A stretch of 34,057 nucleotides of DNA from positions 1 through 34,057 of the forward strand of contig JAUVPO010000001.1 in assembly GCA_030598625.1 (NCBI GenBank), given 5' to 3'. Source of the DNA: Deferribacteres bacterium. GTDB lineage: Bacteria; Nitrospirota; Thermodesulfovibrionia; UBA6902. The position numbers and the translations under genes were made by a program. Numbering within the stretch: the first letter of the stretch is position 1; the number at the start of each line of letters is the position of its first letter. This document shows, piece by piece, positions 8,865-18,910 of the stretch. The notes below the pieces were generated by a model. That model saw nothing but the letters and a program-made list of their open reading frames with translations. It ran no database searches and was not told where the DNA came from.

Positions 8865-11800
8865 TTATTCAGCACTCTGAGCGGGCACATACTCATTTGC
8901 CTGGTGCATGAAGGCTTCCATACGTATTCCGGAGCCTGTTGCCTCGGCGCCGTCATATGCGATGCTAAGGCATGGAATGCCGGTGTCCCTTTTGAATCCC
9001 TTCAATAATGCATCCACAATAGTGCCGGGCATGCACCCAAAAGGCATGACACTAATTATACCAGATGCGCCTTTTTTTACAAAGTCCATCGCCTTGCCCA
9101 TACTTAAAATTGTCTCCCCTTCGAAGGAATCATGCACATAAGGTGACGCATATTCAAACAGCTGTTTCGTGTCAGGCTCTTTTATAGTCCTCAAAAACCC
9201 CTTAAAAGGTTTTGAAAATTCGTGTTCCACCTTGCCTTGAATATGTCTGGTAATATTAGTGCCTATAAAATCCGTTAAGTTTTTTCTGGAAAAATAATTA
9301 CTGTGAAGCCTGAGCAATGATTTTCGCATAGCCATCAGATTTACATAATATATCCACTCCTCTATTGGGGCAAGCCATACCTCGCCCCCCAGGGCTTCAA
9401 TTTTTTTAATGATATTTTCGTTTGAAAATGCATTTAGCCTGACAAATATCTCCCCGATCATTCCGATAAGAGGCTTTCTTTCTTTGTGCCTGGGTATAGC
9501 TGAAAAAGTCCTGCGTATTTCGCCTAATAGTTCAGGCATTGCTCCATTCCGGCTTTTAAGCGTTTTATTGATTTTGGAAATATAATCGCTATAAATGCCA
9601 TCCGTCTCTCCTTTGCAGACCTCATAAGGTCTTGTTTCATGAAGACATTTAATAAGGATATCTATTGCAACAATCCCTTTCCATGCCTGTTTAGTAAAGT
9701 CATTGCCGACTATCCCGAGTTCACGGTAGAGTGATTCGTCCTGATTGGGAGAATATATAGGGACATGTGAAAGTCCGATTCCGTCAAGCACGAGCCTGTG
9801 TAGAATATTGTATTGTCCAAAACGACACGGCCCAGCACCTGAAGGCATGAAAAATACGGCCCTGTCAGAATCAAAATCCTTTGAAAGGGTTTTTTTCACC
9901 ATATCACCGGTTGTAATGGCGCACGGGTAACATTCTTTTCCCGACACATAGCGTCTTCCGATTTTAACAGTCTCGATGTCGGGAACATCCATTACCTCGG
10001 CGTCAAGACCGCATGTCTCAAAAGCCGCTGCAAGACCAATCACATGGTCCGACATTCTCGGTATATAAACGATCTTGTTTTTCGTGCCCCGGCTTATTGA
10101 CAAAGATTTTATTTTCCTGGGCTTGCTTACCAAAATCTCTTTTCTGCCGCTTATGCTATCGAGAAACGCCTCGCATCTCGTTATTACTCCGGCATCCGCG
10201 CTGTGCTCATCTATTTCAATCTGAAGGAACGGTTTGTTAGCCATACTTTCATTAAAATATCTTTGAATAAAGGAATCAGGCCCGCAAGAAAAATTCCCGA
10301 TATAAAGGGCAAACAACCTCGGATTGTCCCGTATTATTTCAGCTGCTTTTAAGATACTTTGCCCCGATCTCCAGTACATGTTGGTCCACCTGTCGGAAAT
10401 GTCAACAGTTTCAAGCGGCAGAAAGTCCATAGGTATGGAGAAGACGCCGAGGGCGGACAATTTCTTTGGGATATCAAGATTAATGCCGGGATCAAATGCA
10501 TTGTAGGAACGGCCGATTATAACGATCGTTCTTTCGGGTATATTTTCCAGAATTTCTCTGCCGCGTTTTTTTACCGCCGAGTTAAATTCTTCCTGAACTG
10601 TATCAGCCTTTTTCAAGGCTCTCTTTACCGCGGCCTTCGATATATGGAAGGGTTTCAGGGAATTGCATATTTCTTTCAGGAGATATCCCTTGCCCTGTTC
10701 CAGATTGATTATCGGTTTTATAAGTCTTATATTTCCAAAGGCTATATTCGCGATATACGGCATCGTCTGCGCATAGGGACACGCATATGCGCGCATTGCA
10801 TTACTGTCCGGGTTAAAGTTTATAAAACTCGGCAAAAACACTGCTTCGACGTCTTTATCAATTAAATCCTTAATATGTCCGTGCGCAACCTTGTGAGGGA
10901 AACAGCTTTCAGAAAGGATATTTTCGACTCCCTTGTTTATTATTTGCCTGTTGGTATCATCTGAAAGTTCGACCTCAAAACCCAGTTCCCAGAGCAAAGT
11001 GCTCCAGAACGGAAGGAAATCATGGAAGAAAAATATCATGGGGATGCCTATACGGAATTTCCTCTGTCCTTTAAATTTTTCAACATATGATCTGTGGGCC
11101 TTAACAAGAAGTTGTTTCCGCTCTGTAAACAGATCCGGCAATACGCCGGAGACAGGCAAACCTTTTTTCTTGCGCTGAACATCATATTTTTCACACCTGC
11201 TCCCGTAATAAAGAGGCTCTTTTTCTCCTTCGACCTTGACCCTGTTTATCTCACACAGGTTATCACAGCTCTTGCATTCAAACGACTTGATTTCATAGTT
11301 CCTTTTTGACAGGTCAAAGCCCTTGAAAGAGGACTTGGCCGACTGCTGAATGCCGGGCGTTTCCATGTGTTTCTTTGCTATAATCGCCATGCCGATGGCC
11401 CCTGTTACGTCATGGTGAGGAGGAACAACAATATGTCTGTCAAGGTATTTCTCAAATGCAGCGACAACGGTTTTATTAAAAGCCACGCCTCCCTGGAAGA
11501 ATATCTTCTCACCGATTGCCCTGTCTCCTACGACCCGGTTTATATAATTCTGGACTATTGAATATGAAAGACCGGCTACGAGATCTTCTTTGGGAGCACC
11601 CCTCTGCTGTTTTGAAAGAAGAGAATTCTCCATAAATACCGTACATCTTTCTCCAAGTGTACAGGGCCTTTGTGATTTAAAGGCAATATCGCTGAATTCC
11701 TGTTTTACTGATATATCAAGTTTCTCTGCCTGCTCTTCCAAAAATGAGCCCGTACCAGCAGCACATGCCTTGTTCATTTCAAAATCAACAATAATGCCGT

Positions 11801-13061
11801 CTTTTATTGAAATATATTTTGAATCCTGTCCGCCGATTTCAAAGATAGTATCAACATCCGGATCTATCTCAACAGCTGCCCGCGCCTGGGCGGTAATCTC
11901 ATTTTTCACGATATCCGCCCCGACAAAATCGGCTATCATGTAGCGGCCTGAACCGGTAGTCCCTACCCCGCATATGTCTACTTTGTCGCCGACCTCACGG
12001 CATATTTCATCAAGCCCTTTTTTAACCGCCTCGATCGGCCTTCCGGCAGTCATCAGATATCTCTTTGCAAGTACTCTTTCCTCTTCATCGATAACGGCAA
12101 GATTTGTACTTATTGATCCTATGTCAATCCCAAGATACGCCGTAACTTTTTCATGAACTTCCGGTTTATGGATGTAATAAGATATATTGTGATTTTTCTC
12201 GTATTCTTCAAGATTGTCACACAAAGGCTGATATCCTTTTTCATCGTCTTTTAAAGAAGCAATGAATTGCTTCAGGTTTTCGATATCAAAAGGAGATACG
12301 ATACCCTTCTCCATATCTTTAAGAACCGCGCCTATCGCAGACATTATCGCGAAATATTCAGGAATTATAAGATTATCTACTGACAGCACTTCATTAAACG
12401 CCCTCCTGACTCCAAGGTTCGCAGCGACCCCACCCTGAAAACTGACCGGTTCACGCAGGTCCATATTCTTACAGATGCTTCCCTTGAAATTTCTCGCAAC
12501 GGCAAAACAAAGCCCCGCAACAATCTCCTCTACGGGAGTGGCTATCTGCTGGAGGTGAATCATATCTGATTTTGCAAAAACACTGCACCTGCCGGCTATA
12601 CGCGGTGGTCTTTTTGACCTGAGGGCAATTTCACTGAATTCTTCTATACTTAGATTGAGCCTTTCAGCCTGCTGGTCAAGGAACGAACCAGTGCCTGCCG
12701 CGCAGACAGAGTTCATGTTAAATTCTTTCACCATGCCGTTTTCAAGCAGGATAAGCTTTGAGTCTTCCCCGCCCATTTCAATAACGGTTTTGACATGGGG
12801 ATAAAGTTTTTTAGTTGAATAACTGAGAGCAACGACCTCATTAACAGGTTTAATGCCGAATGCCTGGGCAATGAGCTTGCCCGCTGTACCCGTAATACTC
12901 AGGGAAGCGTCCGGAGGCGAATTCTTTAAAAGTTCATACGCAACAGTAAGTGGATTCCCCTTATGACGCTCATACCTTGTCTCGTGAATATTTCCATCAG
13001 AATCCAATATAGCAAGTTTTACGCTAACCGAACCCGCATCAATTCCAATAAATTTTTTCAT
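8865..13061 (-). CDS. Fusion of two BcrAD/BadFG-type activase ATPase modules with a 2-hydroxyacyl-CoA-dehydratase-related (HgdB/DUF2229-like) C-terminal region. Related to the PlsA/Ger family.
   Basis: 1398 aa. It has two ASKHA ATPase repeats (GIDAGSVSVKLA...CAAGTGSFLDQQAERL and GIDIGSISTNLA...CAAGTGSFLEEQAEKL) and a Cys-rich linker FECKSCDNLCE...GSRCEKYD. A long C-terminal region resembles dehydratase/activase-associated domains. Confidence 0.85.
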   Translation of the reverse strand: MKKFIGIDAGSVSVKLAILDSDGNIHETRYERHKGNPLTVAYELLKNSPPDASLSITGTAGKLIAQAFGIKPVNEVVALSYSTKKLYPHVKTVIEMGGEDSKLILLENGMVKEFNMNSVCAAGTGSFLDQQAERLNLSIEEFSEIALRSKRPPRIAGRCSVFAKSDMIHLQQIATPVEEIVAGLCFAVARNFKGSICKNMDLREPVSFQGGVAANLGVRRAFNEVLSVDNLIIPEYFAIMSAIGAVLKDMEKGIVSPFDIENLKQFIASLKDDEKGYQPLCDNLEEYEKNHNISYYIHKPEVHEKVTAYLGIDIGSISTNLAVIDEEERVLAKRYLMTAGRPIEAVKKGLDEICREVGDKVDICGVGTTGSGRYMIADFVGADIVKNEITAQARAAVEIDPDVDTIFEIGGQDSKYISIKDGIIVDFEMNKACAAGTGSFLEEQAEKLDISVKQEFSDIAFKSQRPCTLGERCTVFMENSLLSKQQRGAPKEDLVAGLSYSIVQNYINRVVGDRAIGEKIFFQGGVAFNKTVVAAFEKYLDRHIVVPPHHDVTGAIGMAIIAKKHMETPGIQQSAKSSFKGFDLSKRNYEIKSFECKSCDNLCEINRVKVEGEKEPLYYGSRCEKYDVQRKKKGLPVSGVLPDLFTERKQLLVKAHRSYVEKFKGQRKFRIGIPMIFFFHDFLPFWSTLLWELGFEVELSDDTNRQIINKGVENILSESCFPHKVAHGHIKDLIDKDVEAVFLPSFINFNPDSNAMRAYACPYAQTMPYIANIAFGNIRLIKPIINLEQGKGYLLKEICNSLKPFHISKAAVKRALKKADTVQEEFNSAVKKRGREILENIPERTIVIIGRSYNAFDPGINLDIPKKLSALGVFSIPMDFLPLETVDISDRWTNMYWRSGQSILKAAEIIRDNPRLFALYIGNFSCGPDSFIQRYFNESMANKPFLQIEIDEHSADAGVITRCEAFLDSISGRKEILVSKPRKIKSLSISRGTKNKIVYIPRMSDHVIGLAAAFETCGLDAEVMDVPDIETVKIGRRYVSGKECYPCAITTGDMVKKTLSKDFDSDRAVFFMPSGAGPCRFGQYNILHRLVLDGIGLSHVPIYSPNQDESLYRELGIVGNDFTKQAWKGIVAIDILIKCLHETRPYEVCKGETDGIYSDYISKINKTLKSRNGAMPELLGEIRRTFSAIPRHKERKPLIGMIGEIFVRLNAFSNENIIKKIEALGGEVWLAPIEEWIYYVNLMAMRKSLLRLHSNYFSRKNLTDFIGTNITRHIQGKVEHEFSKPFKGFLRTIKEPDTKQLFEYASPYVHDSFEGETILSMGKAMDFVKKGASGIISVMPFGCMPGTIVDALLKGFKRDTGIPCLSIAYDGAEATGSGIRMEAFMHQANEYVPAQSAE

Positions 13062-13221
13062 AATTCTATTTCCTCAATAATTTATTTAGTCTTTTTTCAA
13101 CTGACTTGACCTTTTCCATCAGAAATTATACTGAATTCCACAAGCATTTCATACCCCCTTTAACATCATCTCCCTTACCTCCAGGTACGAATTGATTCCA
13201 ATATCTGAACTTAGCACCTGT

Positions 13222-15309
13222 TTAATCGTCCTTTTTTGCCTTTTCTTTTTCATCAATTATTTTCTGTGCAATGTGAGCAGGCACTTCTTCATAGTGGGAC
13301 GACTCCATAGTATACATGCCCTGTCCGCTGGTTAACGAGTTAAGCTGATTCGCATAGATAAGCATTTCCGCCATAGGCACTAAAGCGGCAATTTTCTGGC
13401 TGCCCCCTGCATCGGATTCGACCCCCTGGACCTTCCCGCGTTTTGAATTGAGGTCTCCTATCACACTTCCGAGGAATTCTTCGGGAGTTGAAACCTCTAT
13501 TTTTACGATCGGTTCCAGCAAAACAGCCTTTGCACCCGGAGCGGCCTTTTGCAACGCCATTGATCCGGCAATCTTGAACGCCATTTCCGACGAATCCACA
13601 GAGTGGTAAGAACCGTCGTATAATGTGGCTCTCAAATCAATTACCGGATATCCGGCAACCAGTCCGTCTTTCATTTTCTCAACAATACCTTTCTCCACTG
13701 CCGGGATATACTGTCTTGGAATCACGCCCCCTACGATTTGATTCACAAACTCAAAACCCGCACCTGTAGGCAATGGTTCAATCTTGACCCAGCAGTCGCC
13801 AAACTGTCCCCTTCCACCGGATTGTTTCTTGTATTTACCCTGGGCGCTGGATGACGACTTGATAGTCTCTCTGTAAGGAATCTTTGGTGACTTCATAACA
13901 ACTTCGACCCCGAACTTCCTTTTCAACTTCTGGAGAGTCACTTCAAGATGCATCTGCCCCATTCCGCCCAGAATCATTTCCTTTGTCTCCGTATCCCTGT
14001 GAAATTTAAGTGTGGGGTCTTCTTCAAGGAGTCTATGCAAACCCGTACTCACTTTTTCCTCATCCCCCCTTGATTTCGGATCAATTGCGTACGATATCAT
14101 CGGCTCGGAAAACTGGACCGGCTCTAAAATAATCGGTTTCCCCGCATCCGAAAGCGTATCACCGGTCTGGGCATATTTGAGTTTGGCAACTGCCGCCATA
14201 TCGCCCGGCCCCACCTCTTTAACAGGCTCCTGTTTCTTACCGAGAAGATAAAACATGTTCCCCATTTTTTCCTTGCTGTCACGTCCCGCGTTGTATACCG
14301 TTGAATCCGACTTCAACACCCCTGACAACACCCTGAAAAGCGTAAGCTTTCCAGCAAAGGGGTCCGCAATCGTCTTAAAAACATACACCGATAAAGGATC
14401 GTCCGCAACGGGCTTTCTTGATTCATCTTCGCCGGTTTTCGGGTTCTTCCCCTTTATTGGAGTCTTGTCAGCCTTTTCCACCGGCGACGGGAGACAGAAT
14501 AAAACAGTGTCCAGGAGTTGTTGAACGCCTATGTTTTTATCGGCAGACCCGCATATGACAGGAACAAACAAGCCTGATATGGAGCCGTCTTTAATCCCTT
14601 TATTTATTTCCTCATCAGTAAGGTCAACGCCTTCGAGATATTTTTCAAGCAATTCATCATCCGACTCGGCCACCTTTTCTACAAGCTTTTTTCTGTACTC
14701 TTCCGCATCTCCTTTAAAAACGTCAGGGATATCCGTTTCAGACATCTTTCCGTCCTTAAATTTTACGGCCTTCATTTTGATTATGTCGATTATACCTTCA
14801 AAATCGTCCTCCGCTCCTATTGGAATATTCAAAGGAATCGCAGTAATGCCATATGCTTTTTCAATGCCTTCAATCGCATTCCGGAAGTTGGCGTTTTCCC
14901 TGTCCATCTTGTTTATAAACACAATTCTCGGGATTTCATATTTATCGGCAAACTGCCAGAGCTTCCCTGTTTCAGCCTTAACCCCCGACAATGCGCTTAC
15001 GATTACGATTGTGCCGTCCACTGCGCTTAAAGAACACTTTGTGTCCTCAATAAAGTTTATATATCCGGGAGTATCGATAATATTAACTCTGTATCCGTTC
15101 CAGTCACAGAAAGCCATGGCAGATGAGATCGAAATTTTCCTTTCTATTTCCTCGGCTTCAAAATCAGTCACCGTATTGCCGTCTCCTGTGTTACCCATTC
15201 TCTCTACAACTCCCGCGTCAAATAACATGGCCTCGACAAGCGAGGTCTTACCCGCGCCTCCATGAGCAATTACCGCAATATTCCTGATTTTCTCAACGTT
15301 AATACCCAT
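13222..15309 (-). CDS. Elongation factor G paralog (EF-G2-like translational GTPase)
   Basis: 695 aa with the full EF-G domain order. G1 is AHGGAGKTS (canonical AHIDAGKTT), G3 is DTPGYINF (canonical DTPGHVDF), and G4 is NKMD. Strong RBS GGGAGGGAGG. Confidence 0.9.
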   Translation of the reverse strand: MGINVEKIRNIAVIAHGGAGKTSLVEAMLFDAGVVERMGNTGDGNTVTDFEAEEIERKISISSAMAFCDWNGYRVNIIDTPGYINFIEDTKCSLSAVDGTIVIVSALSGVKAETGKLWQFADKYEIPRIVFINKMDRENANFRNAIEGIEKAYGITAIPLNIPIGAEDDFEGIIDIIKMKAVKFKDGKMSETDIPDVFKGDAEEYRKKLVEKVAESDDELLEKYLEGVDLTDEEINKGIKDGSISGLFVPVICGSADKNIGVQQLLDTVLFCLPSPVEKADKTPIKGKNPKTGEDESRKPVADDPLSVYVFKTIADPFAGKLTLFRVLSGVLKSDSTVYNAGRDSKEKMGNMFYLLGKKQEPVKEVGPGDMAAVAKLKYAQTGDTLSDAGKPIILEPVQFSEPMISYAIDPKSRGDEEKVSTGLHRLLEEDPTLKFHRDTETKEMILGGMGQMHLEVTLQKLKRKFGVEVVMKSPKIPYRETIKSSSSAQGKYKKQSGGRGQFGDCWVKIEPLPTGAGFEFVNQIVGGVIPRQYIPAVEKGIVEKMKDGLVAGYPVIDLRATLYDGSYHSVDSSEMAFKIAGSMALQKAAPGAKAVLLEPIVKIEVSTPEEFLGSVIGDLNSKRGKVQGVESDAGGSQKIAALVPMAEMLIYANQLNSLTSGQGMYTMESSHYEEVPAHIAQKIIDEKEKAKKDD

Positions 15310-15336
15310 AGAATCATCCTCCCTCCCTATCTATCC

Positions 15337-15364
15337 ATTATGCATTATCTGTTTTATATGTCAA
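15337..15364 (-). promoter_or_regulatory. Candidate sigma-70 promoter for the EF-G paralog
   Basis: The minus strand reads TTGACA (15364..15359), 16 nt, then CATAAT (15342..15337), about 28 nt upstream of the ATG. The background is AT-rich, so a chance match is possible. Confidence 0.4.
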
Positions 15365-15419
15365 AAATACAATCTAAATTTTACAGGATTATTCAAACAA
15401 CTTATAACGACCACAGAAA

Positions 15420-15851
15420 TCATTCAACTATATCCTCAATAAACGGCTTATATTCAGTTGCTGACGCCGCCTTTTTGGCCCAAATTTTTATACCAAACAA
15501 AGATATTATGAATACTGCAAAACCTGTTGCCGCGGCAACAAGGTCTGAATCAGTCCCATTAAAATACTCCAGGGCGATAATTTTCCCCATTATCGTCCCC
15601 CCAATAAAAGCGATTAACGGAATCCCGTAGACCAATATCGTTCCTTTAAGAAATGTCTGCGGCCCTAATGAAACCTTTACAGTCTGACCTACTTTTGCCT
15701 GAACAGTATTTAATGCCTTTATTTCCATTCCCTCGTCTGTTGATTCACATGTCCCTTTTGTGGTACAGCCGTCACAAAAATCCTTTTTTCGTACAATTAT
15801 ACTTGCCGTAACACCATCAGTTTTTGTAACAACACCGATGTCTTCAATCAT
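15420..15851 (-). CDS. rseC: RseC/MucC-family (SoxR-reducing system) membrane protein
   Basis: 143 aa. The N-terminal beta domain carries the Cys cluster FCDGCTTKGTCE, followed by two hydrophobic helices (ILVYGIPLIAFIGGTIMG and AAATGFAVFIISLFGI). This is the typical RseC layout. Confidence 0.75.
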   Translation of the reverse strand: MIEDIGVVTKTDGVTASIIVRKKDFCDGCTTKGTCESTDEGMEIKALNTVQAKVGQTVKVSLGPQTFLKGTILVYGIPLIAFIGGTIMGKIIALEYFNGTDSDLVAAATGFAVFIISLFGIKIWAKKAASATEYKPFIEDIVE

Positions 15852-15940
15852 AATATTAAAGCGATTGGCTATATTTTCGCTCTGTAACCTTTTAATAATT
15901 CAGCTTACAGCCTATCGCTTATGGCTTATAGATAGTAATC

Positions 15941-17503
15941 TTATCCTCTCAAGAGCTTGTACTCTATACTGTCCACAAGCGCCTGCCAGGATGCCTCAAT
16001 TATATTTTCCGACACACCGACCGTTCCCCATTTGTGTGTCTTGTCTCCTGATTCTATGAGAACTCTTACCTTAGCCTTGGTGCCGACACCTGCCGTTAAG
16101 ACCCTTACTTTATAGTCCAGAAGTTTGACGTCTTTTAATTGGGGATAGAATTTTTCAAGCGCCTTTCTCAAGGCATTGTCAATTGCATTAACAGGGCCGT
16201 TGCCGGTTGCAGCCGTATGCTCCGGTTTTCCATCCACTGTCAGCATTATTGTTGCCTCACTGGAAGGGGTTTCACCTTCTTTTCTTTTTTCATCGATAAC
16301 CCGAAACCCGGTAAGGTCAAAAAACCTCCTGTGAAGCCCGAATGTCTTTTTAATAAGAAGCTCAAAAGAGGCCTCTGCTCCTTCAAACTGGAAACCCTGA
16401 TTTTCAAGCTCTTTCAGTTCTCTGACAATCTGGAATACCTTTGGGGAATCCGGATCGATTTTCAGTTTAAAATCCTTAATTTTCCTGATGATATTGCTCC
16501 TGCCGCTCAGGTCGGACACCAGGACCCTCTGATAATTCCCGACGCGCTCAGGCCTGATATGTTCATAAGTTTCGGGATGCCGAACCACCGCGCTGACATG
16601 GATGCCGCCCTTGTGGGCAAACGCACTGTCTCCTACATAAGGCTGTCTCTTAAAATGCCTCAGATTGGATATTTCTGTCACAAACCTGGAAACTTCTTTT
16701 ATTTTTCTTAATTTATTATCAGTTACGCAGTTCTTTTTAAGCTTCAACTTTAAGCCTGGAATCACGGAAATCAGGTTGGCATTGCCGCATCTTTCACCTA
16801 ATCCGTTTATGGTCCCCTGAACCTGAGATGCCCCGCTTTCAACCGCAACAAGCGAGTTGGCAACAGCACATTCCGAATCATTATGGGCATGTATACCGAC
16901 CGGTATATCTAAGATACGCACTATTTCCCGAACAGTCTCTCCTATTTCACCGGGCATGGTCCCGCCGTTTGTATCGCAAAGCACAAGGCAGTCCGCCCCG
17001 GCTGAAGAAGCGGCTTTCAGTGTTTTCAGTGCATATTCAGGGTTTGCCTTATATCCGTCAAAAAAGTGTTCCGCATCGAAAAATACCTGCGGAACTCTCT
17101 TTTTAAGATAGGATATTGTGTTAGAAATTAAATCAAGATTCGTTTGCTGTGATACCCGCAGCGCTTCTCTGACATGAAAATCCCAGGTCTTCCCCACAAT
17201 AGTTACAACCGGGGTCCTTGCCGAAAGAAGTTCTTTTATACTCGGGTCCTTACTAACCGGGAGTGATGCCCTGTGTGTCGCACCGAAAGCGCTTAGTTTG
17301 GAATTGTTCAGTTTTAATTTTTTTGCCTGTCTGAAAAAGTCCGCGTCTTTCGGATTAGCTCCAGGCCATCCCCCTTCAATATAATGAACGCCGAATTTAT
17401 CAAGTTTGGCAAGAATCCTTAGTTTATCTTCCACAGAAAAAGAGATGTCCTCTGATTGAGCGCCGTCCCGCAGGGTTGTATCGTAGATTTCAATTTTACG
17501 CAT
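15941..17503 (-). CDS. cimA: (R)-citramalate synthase (LeuA/CimA family, about 520-aa class)
   Basis: [28 protein letters not shown]... forms a HMGL-like TIM barrel with [14 protein letters not shown] and a C-terminal LeuA-dimer regulatory domain. Its length and its position next to lysC match the Geobacter-type cimA arrangement as I recall it. Confidence 0.85.
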   Translation of the reverse strand: MRKIEIYDTTLRDGAQSEDISFSVEDKLRILAKLDKFGVHYIEGGWPGANPKDADFFRQAKKLKLNNSKLSAFGATHRASLPVSKDPSIKELLSARTPVVTIVGKTWDFHVREALRVSQQTNLDLISNTISYLKKRVPQVFFDAEHFFDGYKANPEYALKTLKAASSAGADCLVLCDTNGGTMPGEIGETVREIVRILDIPVGIHAHNDSECAVANSLVAVESGASQVQGTINGLGERCGNANLISVIPGLKLKLKKNCVTDNKLRKIKEVSRFVTEISNLRHFKRQPYVGDSAFAHKGGIHVSAVVRHPETYEHIRPERVGNYQRVLVSDLSGRSNIIRKIKDFKLKIDPDSPKVFQIVRELKELENQGFQFEGAEASFELLIKKTFGLHRRFFDLTGFRVIDEKRKEGETPSSEATIMLTVDGKPEHTAATGNGPVNAIDNALRKALEKFYPQLKDVKLLDYKVRVLTAGVGTKAKVRVLIESGDKTHKWGTVGVSENIIEASWQALVDSIEYKLLRG

Positions 17504-17595
17504 ATGCTTTTAGAAAACAGTTTATTGAATAAGTTAGTAAAAACGAATCGTTGTTAAAATTCGCACTCTGATATTTGTCATTATCAATTAAATGC

Positions 17596-18816
17596 CTATA
17601 CTTTTGCAAGATTAAATGAATCATGCAGCGCCCTGACAGCAGTCTCCATATGCTTCACATCAATTACACATGAAATCTTGATCTCCGAAGTACTTATCAT
17701 CATTATGTTAATTCCCGCCTTTGAAAGGGTTTCAAACATCTGTGCGGCAACTCCAAAATGAGACTGCATGCCCACGCCTATTATTGAAACCTTTGCCACG
17801 TCGCTGTTTATGCTGACACCCCTGCTCCCGAGTATATTTGATACCTTTTCCGTAATCTCCAATGCTCTTTTTTCGTCTTTTTTTGATACCGTAAATGACA
17901 GGTCCGTAGCATTATCATCACTGCTTATGTTCTGCACTATCATATCAACGTTAATATTTGCGTCCGCTATGGCATCGAAAATCGTTGCCGCTATCCCTGG
18001 ACTGTCAGGCACCCTCATTATGGTAATCCGGGTCTGGTTTTTATCGTGAGCAAGCCCCGTAACAACAATTTTTTCCATATCTCCATCCTCCTTTGTAACA
18101 AGAGTCCCAGGACTTTGATTGAAACTCGAACTCACAATTAAAGGTACATTATTTTTTTTCGCGAACTCAACGGCCCGTCCGTGCAGAACCTTTGCCCCAA
18201 GACTCGCCATCTCCAGCATTTCATCATAAGATATTCTGTCCATTTTTCTGGCGTCAGGAACTATTCTCGGGTCAGCCGTAAACACCCCTTCGACGTCAGT
18301 ATATATCTCGCAGGCATCCGCTGACAGCGCAGCGGCTATTGCAACGGCCGTGGTATCCGAGCCTCCCCTGCCCAGGGTGGTAACATCGGAGAATTCATTG
18401 ATCCCCTGAAACCCCGCAACAACCGGGATCTTGCCTTCATCCAGGGCTTCCTTGAGCCGGCTCGCGTCGATACTTTCAATCATGGCCTTCGTGTGTGAAC
18501 TGTCTGTAATGATTCCCACCTGTCTGCCGGTGAAACTCATTGAATCATGCCCGGTTTTCTGGATGGCCATGCAAGTAAGTGCGCTGGTCACCCTTTCACC
18601 TGAAGAAAGCAGCAAATCCATTTCTCTCTCATCAGGGGTGTCCGTTATTTCACCGGCCAGTCTCTCAAATTTATCGGTTTCGCCCGCCATGGCGGAAACA
18701 ACAACGATAACCTGGTTGCCCCGCCCGGCTGTTGAGACGACCCTTTCAGCGACTGCCTTTATCCTTCCCGTATCCGCAACAGATGTCCCCCCGTATTTTT
18801 GAACAATCAAAGCCAA
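17596..18816 (-). CDS. lysC: Aspartate kinase with C-terminal ACT domains
   Basis: (TTG start) [25 protein letters not shown]..., plus [16 protein letters not shown] and two ACT repeats. The TTG start at 18816 follows GAGGGA. Confidence 0.95.
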   Translation of the reverse strand: MALIVQKYGGTSVADTGRIKAVAERVVSTAGRGNQVIVVVSAMAGETDKFERLAGEITDTPDEREMDLLLSSGERVTSALTCMAIQKTGHDSMSFTGRQVGIITDSSHTKAMIESIDASRLKEALDEGKIPVVAGFQGINEFSDVTTLGRGGSDTTAVAIAAALSADACEIYTDVEGVFTADPRIVPDARKMDRISYDEMLEMASLGAKVLHGRAVEFAKKNNVPLIVSSSFNQSPGTLVTKEDGDMEKIVVTGLAHDKNQTRITIMRVPDSPGIAATIFDAIADANINVDMIVQNISSDDNATDLSFTVSKKDEKRALEITEKVSNILGSRGVSINSDVAKVSIIGVGMQSHFGVAAQMFETLSKAGINIMMISTSEIKISCVIDVKHMETAVRALHDSFNLAKV

Positions 18817-18910
18817 ATCAAATCCCTCATTTCTCCATTATCATAAAGCAATATCTATTCTATAATGTCAAATGACAAAGTACAAACCTCAGAGAAGCGA
18901 CAAAACACGT

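Noticed and set aside
13062-13221. Tiny minus-strand ORFs (6, 8 and 16 aa, for example MLVEFSIISDGKGQVS) between the EF-G paralog and the activase fusion, considered as possible leader peptides
   Set aside because: They are too short, have no associated attenuator or terminator structure, and cannot be checked for conservation from this window.
14012-15265. Plus-strand ORFs of 79, 89 and 244 aa opposite the EF-G paralog
   Set aside because: They are antisense to a conserved translational GTPase gene. They are Ser-rich and low in complexity, with no start context.
16139-16711. 190-aa plus-strand ORF within cimA, and 10359..10865 (168 aa) within the activase fusion
   Set aside because: They are antisense to strongly supported genes and show no motif or RBS support.
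18817-18910. Possible lysine riboswitch or sigma-70 promoter upstream of lysC (a TTGACA is present on the minus strand near 18866)
   Set aside because: The gap is only 94 nt and lacks L-box-like helices. No acceptable -10 hexamer lies 16 to 18 nt from the TTGACA.
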